A stretch of 64,000 nucleotides of DNA from Candidatus Nanoarchaeia archaeon. Lineage in GTDB: Archaea; Nanobdellota; Nanobdellia; Woesearchaeales; DATDXC01. This document shows, piece by piece, positions 1 through 9,173 of this stretch. The stretch lies in NCBI GenBank assembly GCA_035289425.1, contig DATDXC010000002.1, positions 474 through 64,473 of the forward strand, in the 5' to 3' direction. The position numbers were made by a program, and so were the translations under genes. Each line of letters begins with the position of its first letter. Positions within the stretch are counted from its first letter, which is position 1. Below the pieces are notes generated by a model. It made no database searches. It was not told the origin of the DNA and worked only from the letters and a program-made list of their open reading frames with translations.

Positions 1-154
1 AGCAATCCAAAGAGTTGGAATTCTTAGGAATTTATTTTAGCGAGGGTATATGTCTCCGCAAGGAGTCCGAAATTTCTGGGTGCGAAGAGGTTATTGCGCA
101 GCGGGAAAAATTGTGAAATTAGTTTAAGGCAAGAATTGTTTGATAAGTAAGTTC

Positions 155-454
155 TTATTGTTCGAACTCTTCATCACTAGGTCTATTATATGGGAAGTTA
201 TACTCTGCTAATACCGCCCTAACAAGAACATTTGGAGAGACATTCGCATAATATCTTCTTTGTGTATTATCTACCCTACCAGATCTAACATCTTTCATAA
301 ATTCATCAATACAATTAACAACTTCAGCACGAATTGGAGTAGGTGCTGTATCCATTGCAAGACCTTTTGCATCTTCTAAATTTGAAAGAGCTTTTTGGCT
401 AACATTATCTAATTGTGGTGCAGTACTCTTTTCCATTGTAGCTGTAGGACCCAT
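155..454 (-). CDS. hypothetical protein (start uncertain; the called ORF extends to 553)
   Basis: ORF 155..553 on the minus strand. The N-terminal 33 aa are hydrophobic and low-complexity, so an internal Met at 454 or 436 is the more likely start. No recognisable motif. Confidence 0.3.
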   Translation of the reverse strand: MGPTATMEKSTAPQLDNVSQKALSNLEDAKGLAMDTAPTPIRAEVVNCIDEFMKDVRSGRVDNTQRRYYANVSPNVLVRAVLAEYNFPYNRPSDEEFEQ

Positions 455-648
455 GATTATAATGAAATGATGGCTAGTATTTAAATGAGAGCTTGTACTT
501 AAAATATTGAACCAGAAATCTCCGTACTCAAGTGAGTGAAATGAATGAATCAAGAGTTGTTAACTTATTATTGGAAGGGGATATGGGTGTCTGATGAAAT
601 AAATACAAACATTTAAATATAACCTATATCTATGTTATTATAACCTAA

Positions 649-1251
649 ATGGTGATTATATTGTCATTAAGAAATTTGCTAAAAAACAACAAGGAGGCAC
701 GTAGGATCTTTGGGGAGAAAGAGCTAAAGATAGTGATAAAACAATTAGAAGGCATTACCTTGACCCAGTCAGAAAAGAACAGGCTAAGCAGGGATATAAG
801 GCCTAAGCTTCAATTCATCAAGGAACTGATACCCTTTGACAAAGAATTTGAGCTGAAAAAAGGCCAGCACTATCAAGGATATATAGGCATGGCTGTATCT
901 GCTATCCTTCAGGATGAACTTGCAAAAAACGTGCTGGCAATCCTGTTATTTGGATCCAGAGCTGGAGGTATCGTTTCTATCAGGTCTGATGTGGATGTAT
1001 GTGTGGTTCTCAATAAAGAGATATCTTCCCAGGAAACAACCAAGTTCAGGCTCAGAATCTTAAGAGACCTGCCAGATAAGTTTGATGTGCAGATTTTTAA
1101 TGTGATGCCTCAGAAGATCAAGAGAGCAATTGCAGCAAACCATCGGATATTATACCGGTCATCTGAGTTTGACAATCTTGATTTTTCAATAAGGTATTTA
1201 AAGGATGATGATTATTTGATCAGAAGAAGGATGATGCAGGCCTCTCCATGA
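649..1251 (+). CDS. nucleotidyltransferase-domain protein (MntA-like antitoxin of a HEPN/MNT pair) with an ~80 aa N-terminal extension
   Basis: Carries the minimal nucleotidyltransferase signature 'LLFGSRAGG...SDVDVCVV' (GS-x9-DxD). Its end overlaps the start of the downstream HEPN gene by 4 bp (ATGA). A typical MNT-only start would be at Met81, near 889. Confidence 0.6.
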   Translation: MVIILSLRNLLKNNKEARRIFGEKELKIVIKQLEGITLTQSEKNRLSRDIRPKLQFIKELIPFDKEFELKKGQHYQGYIGMAVSAILQDELAKNVLAILLFGSRAGGIVSIRSDVDVCVVLNKEISSQETTKFRLRILRDLPDKFDVQIFNVMPQKIKRAIAANHRILYRSSEFDNLDFSIRYLKDDDYLIRRRMMQASP

Positions 1252-1655
1252 GCAAAATCTCAGACAAACTGGATTTGATACTGAAATATTCTTCCCAATT
1301 GCAGGAATTGTTGCCTTCTTCATTGAAACAATACGCATCAGACATCAGGACAAAGGCTGCCTGTGAGCACTTCTTTGAAAAAACAATCCAAGCAATTATC
1401 GATGCATCCTATCTGATCTTGCAGGTAAAGAAAATGGAAGTTTCAGAGGATGAGGATTCTGTTTTCAGTGTGCTTGAGCAACATAAGCTCCTCCCCAAGC
1501 CATTAGCAGTAAGATTAACTGATGCCAAGAAAATGAGGAATATCTTAACCCACCAATATGCAGATATCAATGATGAAGTCGTGTTCAATTCCCTAAATGA
1601 CGAATTAGCTCAGGATGCTGAAGCATTCATCAAGGAGGTAAGAAAATGTCTTTGA
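1248..1655 (+). CDS. HEPN-domain protein (HepT/DUF86-like toxin)
   Basis: Contains 'MRNILTHQYADIND', which matches the R-x4-6-H HEPN motif. Its size (135 aa) and its translational coupling to the upstream nucleotidyltransferase gene also fit. Confidence 0.65.
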   Translation: MSKISDKLDLILKYSSQLQELLPSSLKQYASDIRTKAACEHFFEKTIQAIIDASYLILQVKKMEVSEDEDSVFSVLEQHKLLPKPLAVRLTDAKKMRNILTHQYADINDEVVFNSLNDELAQDAEAFIKEVRKCL

Positions 1656-2359
1656 TCAAGCTTAAGAGATCCATCATTCCTGCATTAGATGTGGATACCA
1701 TGGAGAGAGCCAAGCAGATCGTAAAGCAGACAACCGGTCTTGAAGGCATCGGCGCCTACAAAGTCGGCTTTGAATTAGTCATCAGATATGGTTTAACAAA
1801 CGTTGTTTCAGAACTGAAGAAACTTACTAAACTTCCGATCATATATGACCATCAGAAGGCTGGGACCGATATTCCGGATACCGGAGATAAGTTCATGAAA
1901 GCTTGCAAAGAAGCAGATGTAGATGCAGTTATCATCTTTCCACAGGCAGGTCCAATAACAGAAGAAGCCTGGATTGGGGCAGCTAAAAAATATAAGATCC
2001 ATCTTATTGTTGGCGGTGAAATGACACATAAAGGCTACCTTGAATCAGACAACGGGTTCCTGAAAAGCAATACCCCCAAACGGATTTATCAGATCGCAGC
2101 ATCACAGGGGGTGACTGATTATGTTGTTCCTGGCAATAAACCAGATAAAATCAAGGAATACAGAGAATTCTTCGAGAATAAGGGCATCAAACCTATCTTC
2201 TATTCCCCTGGATTGATTTCGCAGGGAGGCTCAGTCAAAGAGAGCGCTGAAGCTGCAGGAGACCATTGGCATGCGATTGTGGGAAGAGCGATTTACGATG
2301 CATCTGATATTAGAAAGAAGGCAGAAGAATTAATAGGCCTAATTAAGCCAGAAGGATAA
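1646..2359 (+). CDS. pyrF: orotidine 5'-phosphate decarboxylase
   Basis: Matches archaeal ODCase motifs: 'IIPALDV', 'IIYDHQKAGTDIPDTG' (cf. M. thermautotrophicus 'IIADFKVADIPETN'), 'YSPGLISQGG' and 'AIVGRAIY'. Confidence 0.8.
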   Translation: MSLIKLKRSIIPALDVDTMERAKQIVKQTTGLEGIGAYKVGFELVIRYGLTNVVSELKKLTKLPIIYDHQKAGTDIPDTGDKFMKACKEADVDAVIIFPQAGPITEEAWIGAAKKYKIHLIVGGEMTHKGYLESDNGFLKSNTPKRIYQIAASQGVTDYVVPGNKPDKIKEYREFFENKGIKPIFYSPGLISQGGSVKESAEAAGDHWHAIVGRAIYDASDIRKKAEELIGLIKPEG

Positions 2360-2865
2360 TGATGAAAATAGTAGTGTGTGGTTCAGGTACTGGCTCAGCT
2401 CCGGAAATTCTGGAAGCAGCTAAATCCTTAGGAAAGGAGATTGCGCAGCACCACTATACATTATTGACCGGAGGCTGTAAAGGGTATCCTTATGCAGCTG
2501 CAAGAGGCGCTTTGCTTGCACACGGCCACGTAGTTGCGTATTCTCCTGCGAAGGATGAGGAAGAGCACTCCTCAAAGTATGGTTTTCCTCTTGACGAGGG
2601 TGTAGAATTCATCTTCACCGGTCTGGGCATACCCGATAGGAATCTTCCCCTGATAAATGCCGCTGATGTGGTGGTCATACTTGATGGCCAGATTGGCACT
2701 TTGAATGAGTTTACCATCGCATTTCATAAAAAGAAACGGATTGCCATTTATGAAAAAGGAAAATTAGCGCCGCACCTCAACGCCTTGATAGAGATTTGCA
2801 ACAAGGCTGGTGAGAGGAGCAATGTCTCATTCTTCAGCAAGGATCTTCTGAAAAGCCTTAAATAA
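2359..2865 (+). CDS. LOG/TIGR00725-family Rossmann-fold nucleotide-binding protein
   Basis: A glycine-rich 'VVCGSGTGS' N-terminus, 'LLTGGCKGYPYAAARGALLAHGHVVAYSP' and 'VVVILDGQIGTLNEF' are typical of COG1611/LOG-like proteins. Confidence 0.55.
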   Translation: MMKIVVCGSGTGSAPEILEAAKSLGKEIAQHHYTLLTGGCKGYPYAAARGALLAHGHVVAYSPAKDEEEHSSKYGFPLDEGVEFIFTGLGIPDRNLPLINAADVVVILDGQIGTLNEFTIAFHKKKRIAIYEKGKLAPHLNALIEICNKAGERSNVSFFSKDLLKSLK

Positions 2866-2886
2866 TAGGTAATCAAATATAACTCC

Positions 2887-3441
2887 ATGTACGAGCCACG
2901 GGAAGACTCATTCTTGCTTCAGAAGTACGTTGCACAGTATTCCCGAGGGATAGTTCTTGACATGGGGACAGGCTCAGGCATCCAGGCTGTGGAAGCTTCC
3001 CATTCTAAGAAAGTAGTGAAAGTGTATGCAGTGGATGTGAATCGCTTTGTGATACGGCACTGCAGGGAGTCTATTATAAACAAGAAGATTGTATTCCTTA
3101 AATCAAATCTTTTCTCTGTTTTCAAGGGAGATAAGCGGTACCGGGGCATGAAGTTTGACACTATCATCTTCAACCCGCCCTATCTTCCCAATGATCCCAA
3201 AGCGCCTGATGTTGCCCTGGATGGCGGGAAGCATGGATATGAACTGGTCGTAAAATTCCTCCATGATGCTAAGTTTTACATCAAGCCAAAAACAAGGATT
3301 TTGTTGGTTTTCTCTTCTTTAACAGGCAAGGATACCTTGGATAAATATTTATATAAACAGCATTATAAGTTCAGGGAATTGGAGAAAGAAAATAGTTTTT
3401 TTGAGGGGATATATATCTACCTGATTGAAAATGAAGATTAA
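2887..3441 (+). CDS. HemK-related class I SAM methyltransferase (archaeal Mtq2-like protein N5-glutamine methyltransferase)
   Basis: Shows the 'EPREDSFLL' N-terminus, the SAM-binding motif 'VLDMGTGSGIQA', and the substrate motif 'FNPPY' (NPPY). Confidence 0.65.
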   Translation: MYEPREDSFLLQKYVAQYSRGIVLDMGTGSGIQAVEASHSKKVVKVYAVDVNRFVIRHCRESIINKKIVFLKSNLFSVFKGDKRYRGMKFDTIIFNPPYLPNDPKAPDVALDGGKHGYELVVKFLHDAKFYIKPKTRILLVFSSLTGKDTLDKYLYKQHYKFRELEKENSFFEGIYIYLIENED

Positions 3442-4057
3442 GGATGTCGATCACATAGAATATCTGGCGAAGGGCCATAGAGGCATGCTCTTTACCGGCC
3501 TGAAAGGAAAGAAGAAAGTAGTGATCAAAATAAAAAATCCGCAGAGCGAGGCTTTTGGCAGGATGCAGAATGAGGCTGAATACCTGAAGATACTGAATAA
3601 AAAGGGGATCGGTCCTGCATTGTTGTTCTATGACAAGAAAGATGACTACTTTGTCTATGATTATGTTGATGGAGAATTCTTCCCGCTCTTCATTGAGCAC
3701 TGTTCCCGGAAGAACAAGAACCTGATAAAAAGGATAATCAGGCAGGTCTTCATCCAGTGTTTTCGGATGGACCGATTACATATAAACAAGGAAGAGATGC
3801 ACCATCCCTATAAGCATATACTGATTTCTGCTGAAACAAAAAAGCCGGTATTGATAGATTTTGAGAGATGCCACAAGTCTCCAGAGCCGGTTAATGTGAC
3901 CCAATTCAGTTCTTACCTGATCTCCAATTCGATGACTAGACGTTTAGCAGAGAAGGGCATCAAAGTCAACATGGAAAAATCCATTGCAGCGGCAAAAAAA
4001 TACAAAAAGGATGTTTCCCAGAAAAATTTAAATAAGATCATATCCTTATTAAAGTAA
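3425..4057 (+). CDS. small atypical Ser/Thr protein kinase-like protein (COG2112-like)
   Basis: Contains 'YLAKGHRGMLF' (P-loop-like), 'VYDYVDGE', 'HPYKHILIS' and 'KPVLIDFE' (catalytic and DFG-like elements), which fit a minimal RIO/Bud32-like kinase fold. Confidence 0.45.
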   Translation: MKMKIKDVDHIEYLAKGHRGMLFTGLKGKKKVVIKIKNPQSEAFGRMQNEAEYLKILNKKGIGPALLFYDKKDDYFVYDYVDGEFFPLFIEHCSRKNKNLIKRIIRQVFIQCFRMDRLHINKEEMHHPYKHILISAETKKPVLIDFERCHKSPEPVNVTQFSSYLISNSMTRRLAEKGIKVNMEKSIAAAKKYKKDVSQKNLNKIISLLK

Positions 4058-4091
4058 ACATTTTTATATTCTAACGTTATAATCAATTGTC

Positions 4092-4331
4092 GTGATAAGC
4101 AAAATAATCAGGAGACTAATTGGAAAAAGGAGCTTTAAGAATCGATTTGAGAAATTCTACTACCTGAATAAAGCGCATGTCAGCAGGTATCGCAAGAAGC
4201 GATACTATGAAAAGATACAGAAGGGCATCTGCATCAAATGCAAGAAAAAAGCCATTAAAGGAATAAATTTTTGCGCTTATCACCGTGCGCAGACAAAGAA
4301 GTATAATAACCGTGCAAGGAGGAAGAGATGA
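4092..4331 (+). CDS. small basic putative zinc-binding protein
   Basis: A 79 aa Lys/Arg-rich protein with 'CIKCKKKAIKGINFCAYH' (C-x2-C...C-x2-H). Coding is plausible because it sits in an operon-like run, but it has only ORF-level support. Confidence 0.3.
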   Translation: MISKIIRRLIGKRSFKNRFEKFYYLNKAHVSRYRKKRYYEKIQKGICIKCKKKAIKGINFCAYHRAQTKKYNNRARRKR

Positions 4332-4627
4332 ACTTCAACCAAAAAGTCTGGAATCTCTGTAAGAAAATACCGGTCGGCAGGGTATCGACATACAAAATTC
4401 TTGCTAAATCCCTAAGGACAAAAGCATACCGAGCTGTTGGAAATGCCCTACGAGATAATCCGCACGCTCCTCTGGTGCCGTGCCACAGGATTATTAACAG
4501 TGATGGAACAATCGGCGGTTACAAAGGAAAAAAGAATTCAAAAGAAAAGAGTAGATTGTTGAAAAAAGAAGGTATAAAAATAGTGAATAAAAAGGTCGAT
4601 CCAAGGTTTATTTTTTCCTTTTCTTGA
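4328..4627 (+). CDS. methylated-DNA-protein-cysteine methyltransferase (Ogt DNA-binding/active-site domain only)
   Basis: Contains 'VPCHRIINSDGTIGGY', the PCHR active-site motif of the MGMT family. At 99 aa it is a single-domain version. Confidence 0.65.
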   Translation: MNFNQKVWNLCKKIPVGRVSTYKILAKSLRTKAYRAVGNALRDNPHAPLVPCHRIINSDGTIGGYKGKKNSKEKSRLLKKEGIKIVNKKVDPRFIFSFS

Positions 4628-5534
4628 CTTTCTTAATGTCTTTCTCTAACTTAAGCTCTTCAAGAAGCTCTTTGTACCTATTTCTGATTGTGACCTCAGT
4701 GACACCTGCAACATCAGCAACTTCCCTCTGAGTCCGTTTTTCGCCATGCATCAGTGCAGCCACATAGAGTGCTGCGGCAGCAATACCAGTAGGACCTCTG
4801 CCCGATGTCAGTTCTTTCTTCTGGGCCTTTTCAAGAATCTCAATGCTCTTGCTCTGGGTTTCAGCAGTGAGCTTCAATGCCGATGCAAATCGGGCAATAT
4901 AATCTGCAGGATTTGAAGGCAAGATAGTGATTCCCAGTTCCCTGGTGACAAAGCGGTATGTTCTTCCGATCTCTTTTTTTTCGATGCCAGACGCTTCAGA
5001 CAGCTCATCCAGCGTTCTAGGGACATCATGCCTTCTGCATGCAGCATACAATGCTCCAGCCACGACCGATTCCATGGATCTGCCTCTGACAAGGCCTCTT
5101 TGGACAGCCAGGGTATAGATTCGAGCAGCTTCTTCCTCAACTGACTTAGGCAGCTTAAGATAAGAGCTTACTCTTTTCAATTCTGCCAATGCCAATTTCA
5201 GATTCCTTTCAATTGCAGTAGAGATTCTATACTGCCATTTCCTGAGCCTAAAAAACTTGCTTCTTCCCTTATCTCCAAGCTTAAAAAGGTCAGATTTCTG
5301 GCCAACTTCTGTCCCCAAACCCTGATCAAACTGGGTATAGGTCATCGGAGCGCCAGTTCTTCGCTTTGATTCACCTTCCTCAGAATCAAACTCACGCCAT
5401 TCCTGCGTGAAGTCCACCATCTTATCTTCGATAACAAGACCGCAATCCTTACAGGAGATCTCTCCTTTCTCCCTATTCCAAGAAAGATTTATGCCCCCGC
5501 ATTCGGGACACTTTTTGACCATATCACGAACCAT
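4608..5534 (-). CDS. tfb: transcription initiation factor IIB (TFB)
   Basis: An N-terminal zinc ribbon 'CPECGG...CKDCGLV' followed by two cyclin-like repeats. A C-terminal Lys-rich tail is also present. Confidence 0.9.
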   Translation of the reverse strand: MVRDMVKKCPECGGINLSWNREKGEISCKDCGLVIEDKMVDFTQEWREFDSEEGESKRRTGAPMTYTQFDQGLGTEVGQKSDLFKLGDKGRSKFFRLRKWQYRISTAIERNLKLALAELKRVSSYLKLPKSVEEEAARIYTLAVQRGLVRGRSMESVVAGALYAACRRHDVPRTLDELSEASGIEKKEIGRTYRFVTRELGITILPSNPADYIARFASALKLTAETQSKSIEILEKAQKKELTSGRGPTGIAAAALYVAALMHGEKRTQREVADVAGVTEVTIRNRYKELLEELKLEKDIKKVKKRKK

Positions 5535-5649
5535 TTTCTATCACCCTCACGTAAATATGTCTACTCCACCCCGAGTTATTTACAATAAACTTTATAAAGA
5601 AAACACACAACTTATATATAAACTTTTCTATTCTCTCAGTCGAAAAAGC

Positions 5650-5913
5650 CTATTTTCTTACATGCCGGGCAAAAAATGACTTGATTTCATCTGAGAACAT
5701 AAGGGATACAAAGAGCACATATCCTACGGTAAACACCAGGAGCGCTATGAGCAGGGTATCGCTTTGTGGGCTGAGAAAAATTCCTTCCAATCGGGCAGTT
5801 TGCTTAGAATATTGGATATAACCTATCAAGCTAAGGCTCAAGACTATCGGAAGGCCAAGAAGGACTTTGGTAAAAAATCCTGTTTTTCTCGGTTTAAGCT
5901 TAATTGCAGGCAT
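5650..5913 (-). CDS. small membrane protein (2 predicted TM helices)
   Basis: An 87 aa protein with two hydrophobic stretches. It overlaps the upstream ORF by 14 nt, which suggests they are co-transcribed. Confidence 0.4.
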   Translation of the reverse strand: MPAIKLKPRKTGFFTKVLLGLPIVLSLSLIGYIQYSKQTARLEGIFLSPQSDTLLIALLVFTVGYVLFVSLMFSDEIKSFFARHVRK

Positions 5914-6319
5914 TTAAATCATCTACTCCGACGCTCTTTTGGGAACAGAGCTCATTTCCAACTTTAGGCATCAATATGACCTTTTTTATCCCCGAAACCG
6001 GGGTATTGGCAGACACATGAGCTGCATCTCCTGCTGCAATGCTTTGTTGCACTTCAAGCTGTTGCAGCTCTTCTCCGACAAATATAACTTTCACTCCATC
6101 TATATTAATATTTCCATTGTTGAGTAGGTTAATCTCAATAGAATCTGTGGTAAAGCAGGCATCATCCTGCCCATGTATCTGTATGACCGAAATGCTGGTA
6201 TCCTGACAGCTCGCAATTTGGACCTGGCTGCTTCCCCAGCTGATGACTACCAGGCCCAGCAAGCCCGCAAATACTATCAGGATGATTGTAGATGTCAACG
6301 GAGAAACAGCATTCTTCAT
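5900..6319 (-). CDS. secreted/membrane-anchored protein with an N-terminal hydrophobic signal anchor
   Basis: The N-terminus 'MKNAVSPLTSTIILIVFAGLLGLVVISW' is followed by a Cys-containing domain. It is the middle gene of three overlapping small membrane genes. Confidence 0.4.
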   Translation of the reverse strand: MKNAVSPLTSTIILIVFAGLLGLVVISWGSSQVQIASCQDTSISVIQIHGQDDACFTTDSIEINLLNNGNINIDGVKVIFVGEELQQLEVQQSIAAGDAAHVSANTPVSGIKKVILMPKVGNELCSQKSVGVDDLNACN

Positions 6320-6594
6320 TTATATTCCTCAATTTTTTGTTTAAGAAACTGATCTTCCCGATGGCTTATCAATACATAGGGCAAGGTGCCAACCACCAGT
6401 ATGAATATCCCAATCCAGACAACGATGGCAAGCATCTGGGTATCAAGGTAACCCGAGATGAATCCGACAATGCCAACCACTAAAAAAGCGAAGTACAGCA
6501 TGAAACTCTTATCGAGCACGGTCTTTGCCTTTTCCCTATTAATTCGAGAGCGCTCTATTTCAAGATATATCAATTCCTTTGCGTCCTTAGGCAC
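6316..6594 (-). CDS. small membrane protein (2 predicted TM helices)
   Basis: A 92 aa protein with a charged N-terminus followed by two hydrophobic helices. Its stop overlaps the start of the downstream gene. Confidence 0.4.
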   Translation of the reverse strand: MPKDAKELIYLEIERSRINREKAKTVLDKSFMLYFAFLVVGIVGFISGYLDTQMLAIVVWIGIFILVVGTLPYVLISHREDQFLKQKIEEYK

Positions 6595-6750
6595 GTAAGA
6601 CTCATTAGATTAAAAGTATTTAAAGTTTATTGTTTAGGCGCTCGTACATGCAATCCATCTAGGTGAGCATGGCGGAGGTTTACCTGATCAGGGATAGTTG
6701 GTAAGATAACCATCAGAAGATTTAAATAACCTGTTTCACACTTAAACCAT

Positions 6751-7311
6751 ATGATAATCGGCGTTACCGGCATTTTCGGTTCTGGCAAATCAACCGTAGC
6801 CTGCCTATTGAAAAAGAAGGGATTTATGCATATAAATGCAGATACCATCGGGCATGCCCTTCTGCAGAAACCAGGCATGCGCAAAAAAGTAGTGCATGAG
6901 TTTGGCAAGGGCATTATTTCAGGGAACAGGATTGATCGGTCAAAGCTCAAGCAAATTGTCTTCCATGACCCCTCCCAGCTTAAGAGACTGAACAGGATCA
7001 TGCATCCTGCAATAATCCGAGAAATTGAAAATATTATTGGAAAGAATAAGGACAAGGACATTGTCTTGGATGCCCCATTGCTGATAGAACTGAAAGCGCA
7101 TCATCTTGTTGACAAGATTCTGGTCGTCAAAATAAAAAAATCAGTCCAGCTCCAGCGTCTCGGCAAAAAAAAGAAATATACTCAATCCGAGATCAAAAAT
7201 ATCATGAAGTCCCAGCTGTCTCAAAAAGAAAAACTTAAATACGCTGATATAGTTATCGACAATTCAGGGACTATGATTCAGACTCAGAAACAGATGGAGG
7301 CTATGCGGTGA
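6751..7311 (+). CDS. coaE: dephospho-CoA kinase, bacterial type
   Basis: Starts with 'IIGVTGIFGSGKSTVA' (P-loop) and is ~186 aa, typical of CoaE. It overlaps the start of coaD. Confidence 0.75.
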   Translation: MIIGVTGIFGSGKSTVACLLKKKGFMHINADTIGHALLQKPGMRKKVVHEFGKGIISGNRIDRSKLKQIVFHDPSQLKRLNRIMHPAIIREIENIIGKNKDKDIVLDAPLLIELKAHHLVDKILVVKIKKSVQLQRLGKKKKYTQSEIKNIMKSQLSQKEKLKYADIVIDNSGTMIQTQKQMEAMR

Positions 7312-7790
7312 GCAAGATTGCAATATATGCCGGAAGCTTTGATCCGGTGACCAATGGGCACTTGGATATTGTACAGAGAGCGCTCAAGATATTTGATAAG
7401 GTGATCATAGCAGTGGGGGAAAACAAGGAAAAGAAGTATTTATTCTCAGTGCAGGAAAGGGCGGAGATGATCAAGGAATGTACTAAAAAATTCAATGTGG
7501 AAGTCGAGTATTTCTCCGGTCTATTGGTTGACTTTGCCCGGAAGAAGAAGGCAAATGCATTAGTGAGAGGCCTGCGCGCTGTTTCAGATTTTGATTTTGA
7601 ATTCCAGACAGCCCTGATGAACCGTAAGTTGTGTCCTGAGATTGAGACAGTTTGCATTATGACAAGAGGCATGTACTCCTATCTGAGCGCTTCCATTGTA
7701 AGAGAAGTAGCTTCTTTGAATGGCAATCTCAGTGATATGGTGCCGGACTCTGTTGCGCAAAAACTGAGAGATAAGTTCCATAAAACCTGA
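7308..7790 (+). CDS. coaD: phosphopantetheine adenylyltransferase, bacterial type
   Basis: Contains 'IYAGSFDPVTNGHLDIV' (the T/HxGH nucleotidyltransferase motif) and 'ISSSLVRE'-like 'SASIVREV'. At 160 aa it matches CoaD length. Confidence 0.85.
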   Translation: MSKIAIYAGSFDPVTNGHLDIVQRALKIFDKVIIAVGENKEKKYLFSVQERAEMIKECTKKFNVEVEYFSGLLVDFARKKKANALVRGLRAVSDFDFEFQTALMNRKLCPEIETVCIMTRGMYSYLSASIVREVASLNGNLSDMVPDSVAQKLRDKFHKT

Positions 7791-7795
7791 TATGC

Positions 7796-8521
7796 ATGGA
7801 CCTGACGAAGAGTATAGCGATTAGTGATCTGGCCCTTGTTCTTAAGAAGGAGAATATCCTGATTATTGCTGATTCTCACATTGGGTACGAAGAGGCTCTC
7901 AACAAACAAGGCATCCTGATACCCCGATTACAGTTCAAAGAGACCATGAAGCGGCTTGAGAACATCATAGGAACCAGGACTTTCAGCAAAATCATCATCA
8001 ATGGGGATATCAAGCATGAGTTTGGAGTTATTTCTGACCAGGAATGGAGGCACACCTTAAGATTGTTGGATTATCTGAAGAAGCACTGTGATGAAGTCAT
8101 CCTTATAAAAGGCAACCATGACAACATCTTGGGTCCCATCGCTAGAAAAAGGGATGTTACAGTCAAAGAGTATGAATCCATTGGAAAAACGCTCATTATC
8201 CATGGCGATAATCTGGATAAAAACGTTGAAAATATCTTAAAAAAAAGTACAACCATCATCATCGGGCATGAGCATCCTGCAGTAACCCTCTACGAAAATA
8301 GGCGTGCGGAGACATTCAAATGCTTTCTGAAAGGTAAGTTCAAGGGAAAGACCTTGATAGTCCAGCCAAGCTTTAATCTCGTAACTGAAGGGACCGATGT
8401 ATTGAAAGAAAGACTGCTGAGCCCTTTCCTCAAAGGTGATCTTTCAAACTTTGAGGCGTATATAGTGTCTGATAAAATATACCCTTTTGGAAAGTTGAAG
8501 AACATTACGCATACAGCTTAG
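7796..8521 (+). CDS. calcineurin-like metallophosphoesterase
   Basis: Metallophosphoesterase motifs are present: 'IIADSHIG' (D-x-H), 'INGDIKHE' (GD), 'IKGNHD' (GNH[DE]) and 'IIGHEH'. Confidence 0.65.
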   Translation: MDLTKSIAISDLALVLKKENILIIADSHIGYEEALNKQGILIPRLQFKETMKRLENIIGTRTFSKIIINGDIKHEFGVISDQEWRHTLRLLDYLKKHCDEVILIKGNHDNILGPIARKRDVTVKEYESIGKTLIIHGDNLDKNVENILKKSTTIIIGHEHPAVTLYENRRAETFKCFLKGKFKGKTLIVQPSFNLVTEGTDVLKERLLSPFLKGDLSNFEAYIVSDKIYPFGKLKNITHTA

Positions 8522-9047
8522 CTAATAAGTCTGCCTTAGTGACCAAGCCAGTCAGCTTGCCTGCATCAGAAACCAATACCAAGGGGAAATACTTCAACAA
8601 CTCGGTGATGACGGCAAGCGAGGTTTTTCCGGATATGACCGGGGGCGCTTCGCTCATGACATCCCTAACTTTGGCAGCCTTGCCATGCAGCAATGCTTCC
8701 AAGATGCTCGATTCTGACACCAGGCCTATGCTCTTGTGGTCCTCAATGACTGGCATCTGGGAGATATTGAACTTCTTCATCATCTTGATAGCATCTTTTA
8801 TATTCTCAGAAGGTGTAACCGAAATTATCTTGCTATTCATGATATCGCTGGCTTTCGCTTCCTGCCTATCCCTCAACTCATCTAGTGCCTCAAAAATCTT
8901 TTGAGCGTTAGAGTAGGTAGGATCAAGCTGTCCTGCCTCAACCTTTGCGATAAGGCTTTGAGAGACACGGGCTCTGTCCGCCAACTGCTTCTGGGTAAGC
9001 TCCAGCTGCTTCCTCACTTTTTTGATATCACTTATTTCAAGCGCCAT
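8505..9047 (-). CDS. XRE-family HTH plus CBS-domain transcriptional regulator
   Basis: The N-terminus 'LTQKQLADRARVSQSLIAKVE' is an HTH_3/XRE motif. It is followed by a tandem CBS pair ('IMNSKIISVTP...', 'VMSEAPPVISG...'). Confidence 0.7.
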   Translation of the reverse strand: MALEISDIKKVRKQLELTQKQLADRARVSQSLIAKVEAGQLDPTYSNAQKIFEALDELRDRQEAKASDIMNSKIISVTPSENIKDAIKMMKKFNISQMPVIEDHKSIGLVSESSILEALLHGKAAKVRDVMSEAPPVISGKTSLAVITELLKYFPLVLVSDAGKLTGLVTKADLLAKLYA

Positions 9048-9173
9048 TTTTAGTGGAATATTAATAACTTATATTTATTACTTTTGGAATTATACTTATT
9101 CCCATCAGAATATTGTTGTCACAAACCTATTTAAATCATATCTTTAAATGTCTTATTCTAGGGAGGTTGGACT

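Noticed and set aside
1-116. A possible 3' end of a plus-strand gene running off the window edge, open from position 3 to a TGA at 114-116.
   Set aside because: Only 38 codons are visible and there is no motif. It cannot be supported from this window.
554-648. A CUGAUGA C-box-like motif in the intergenic region upstream of the MNT gene.
   Set aside because: There is no matching D box (CUGA) or C'/D' arrangement downstream. It is a chance match in AT-rich promoter DNA.
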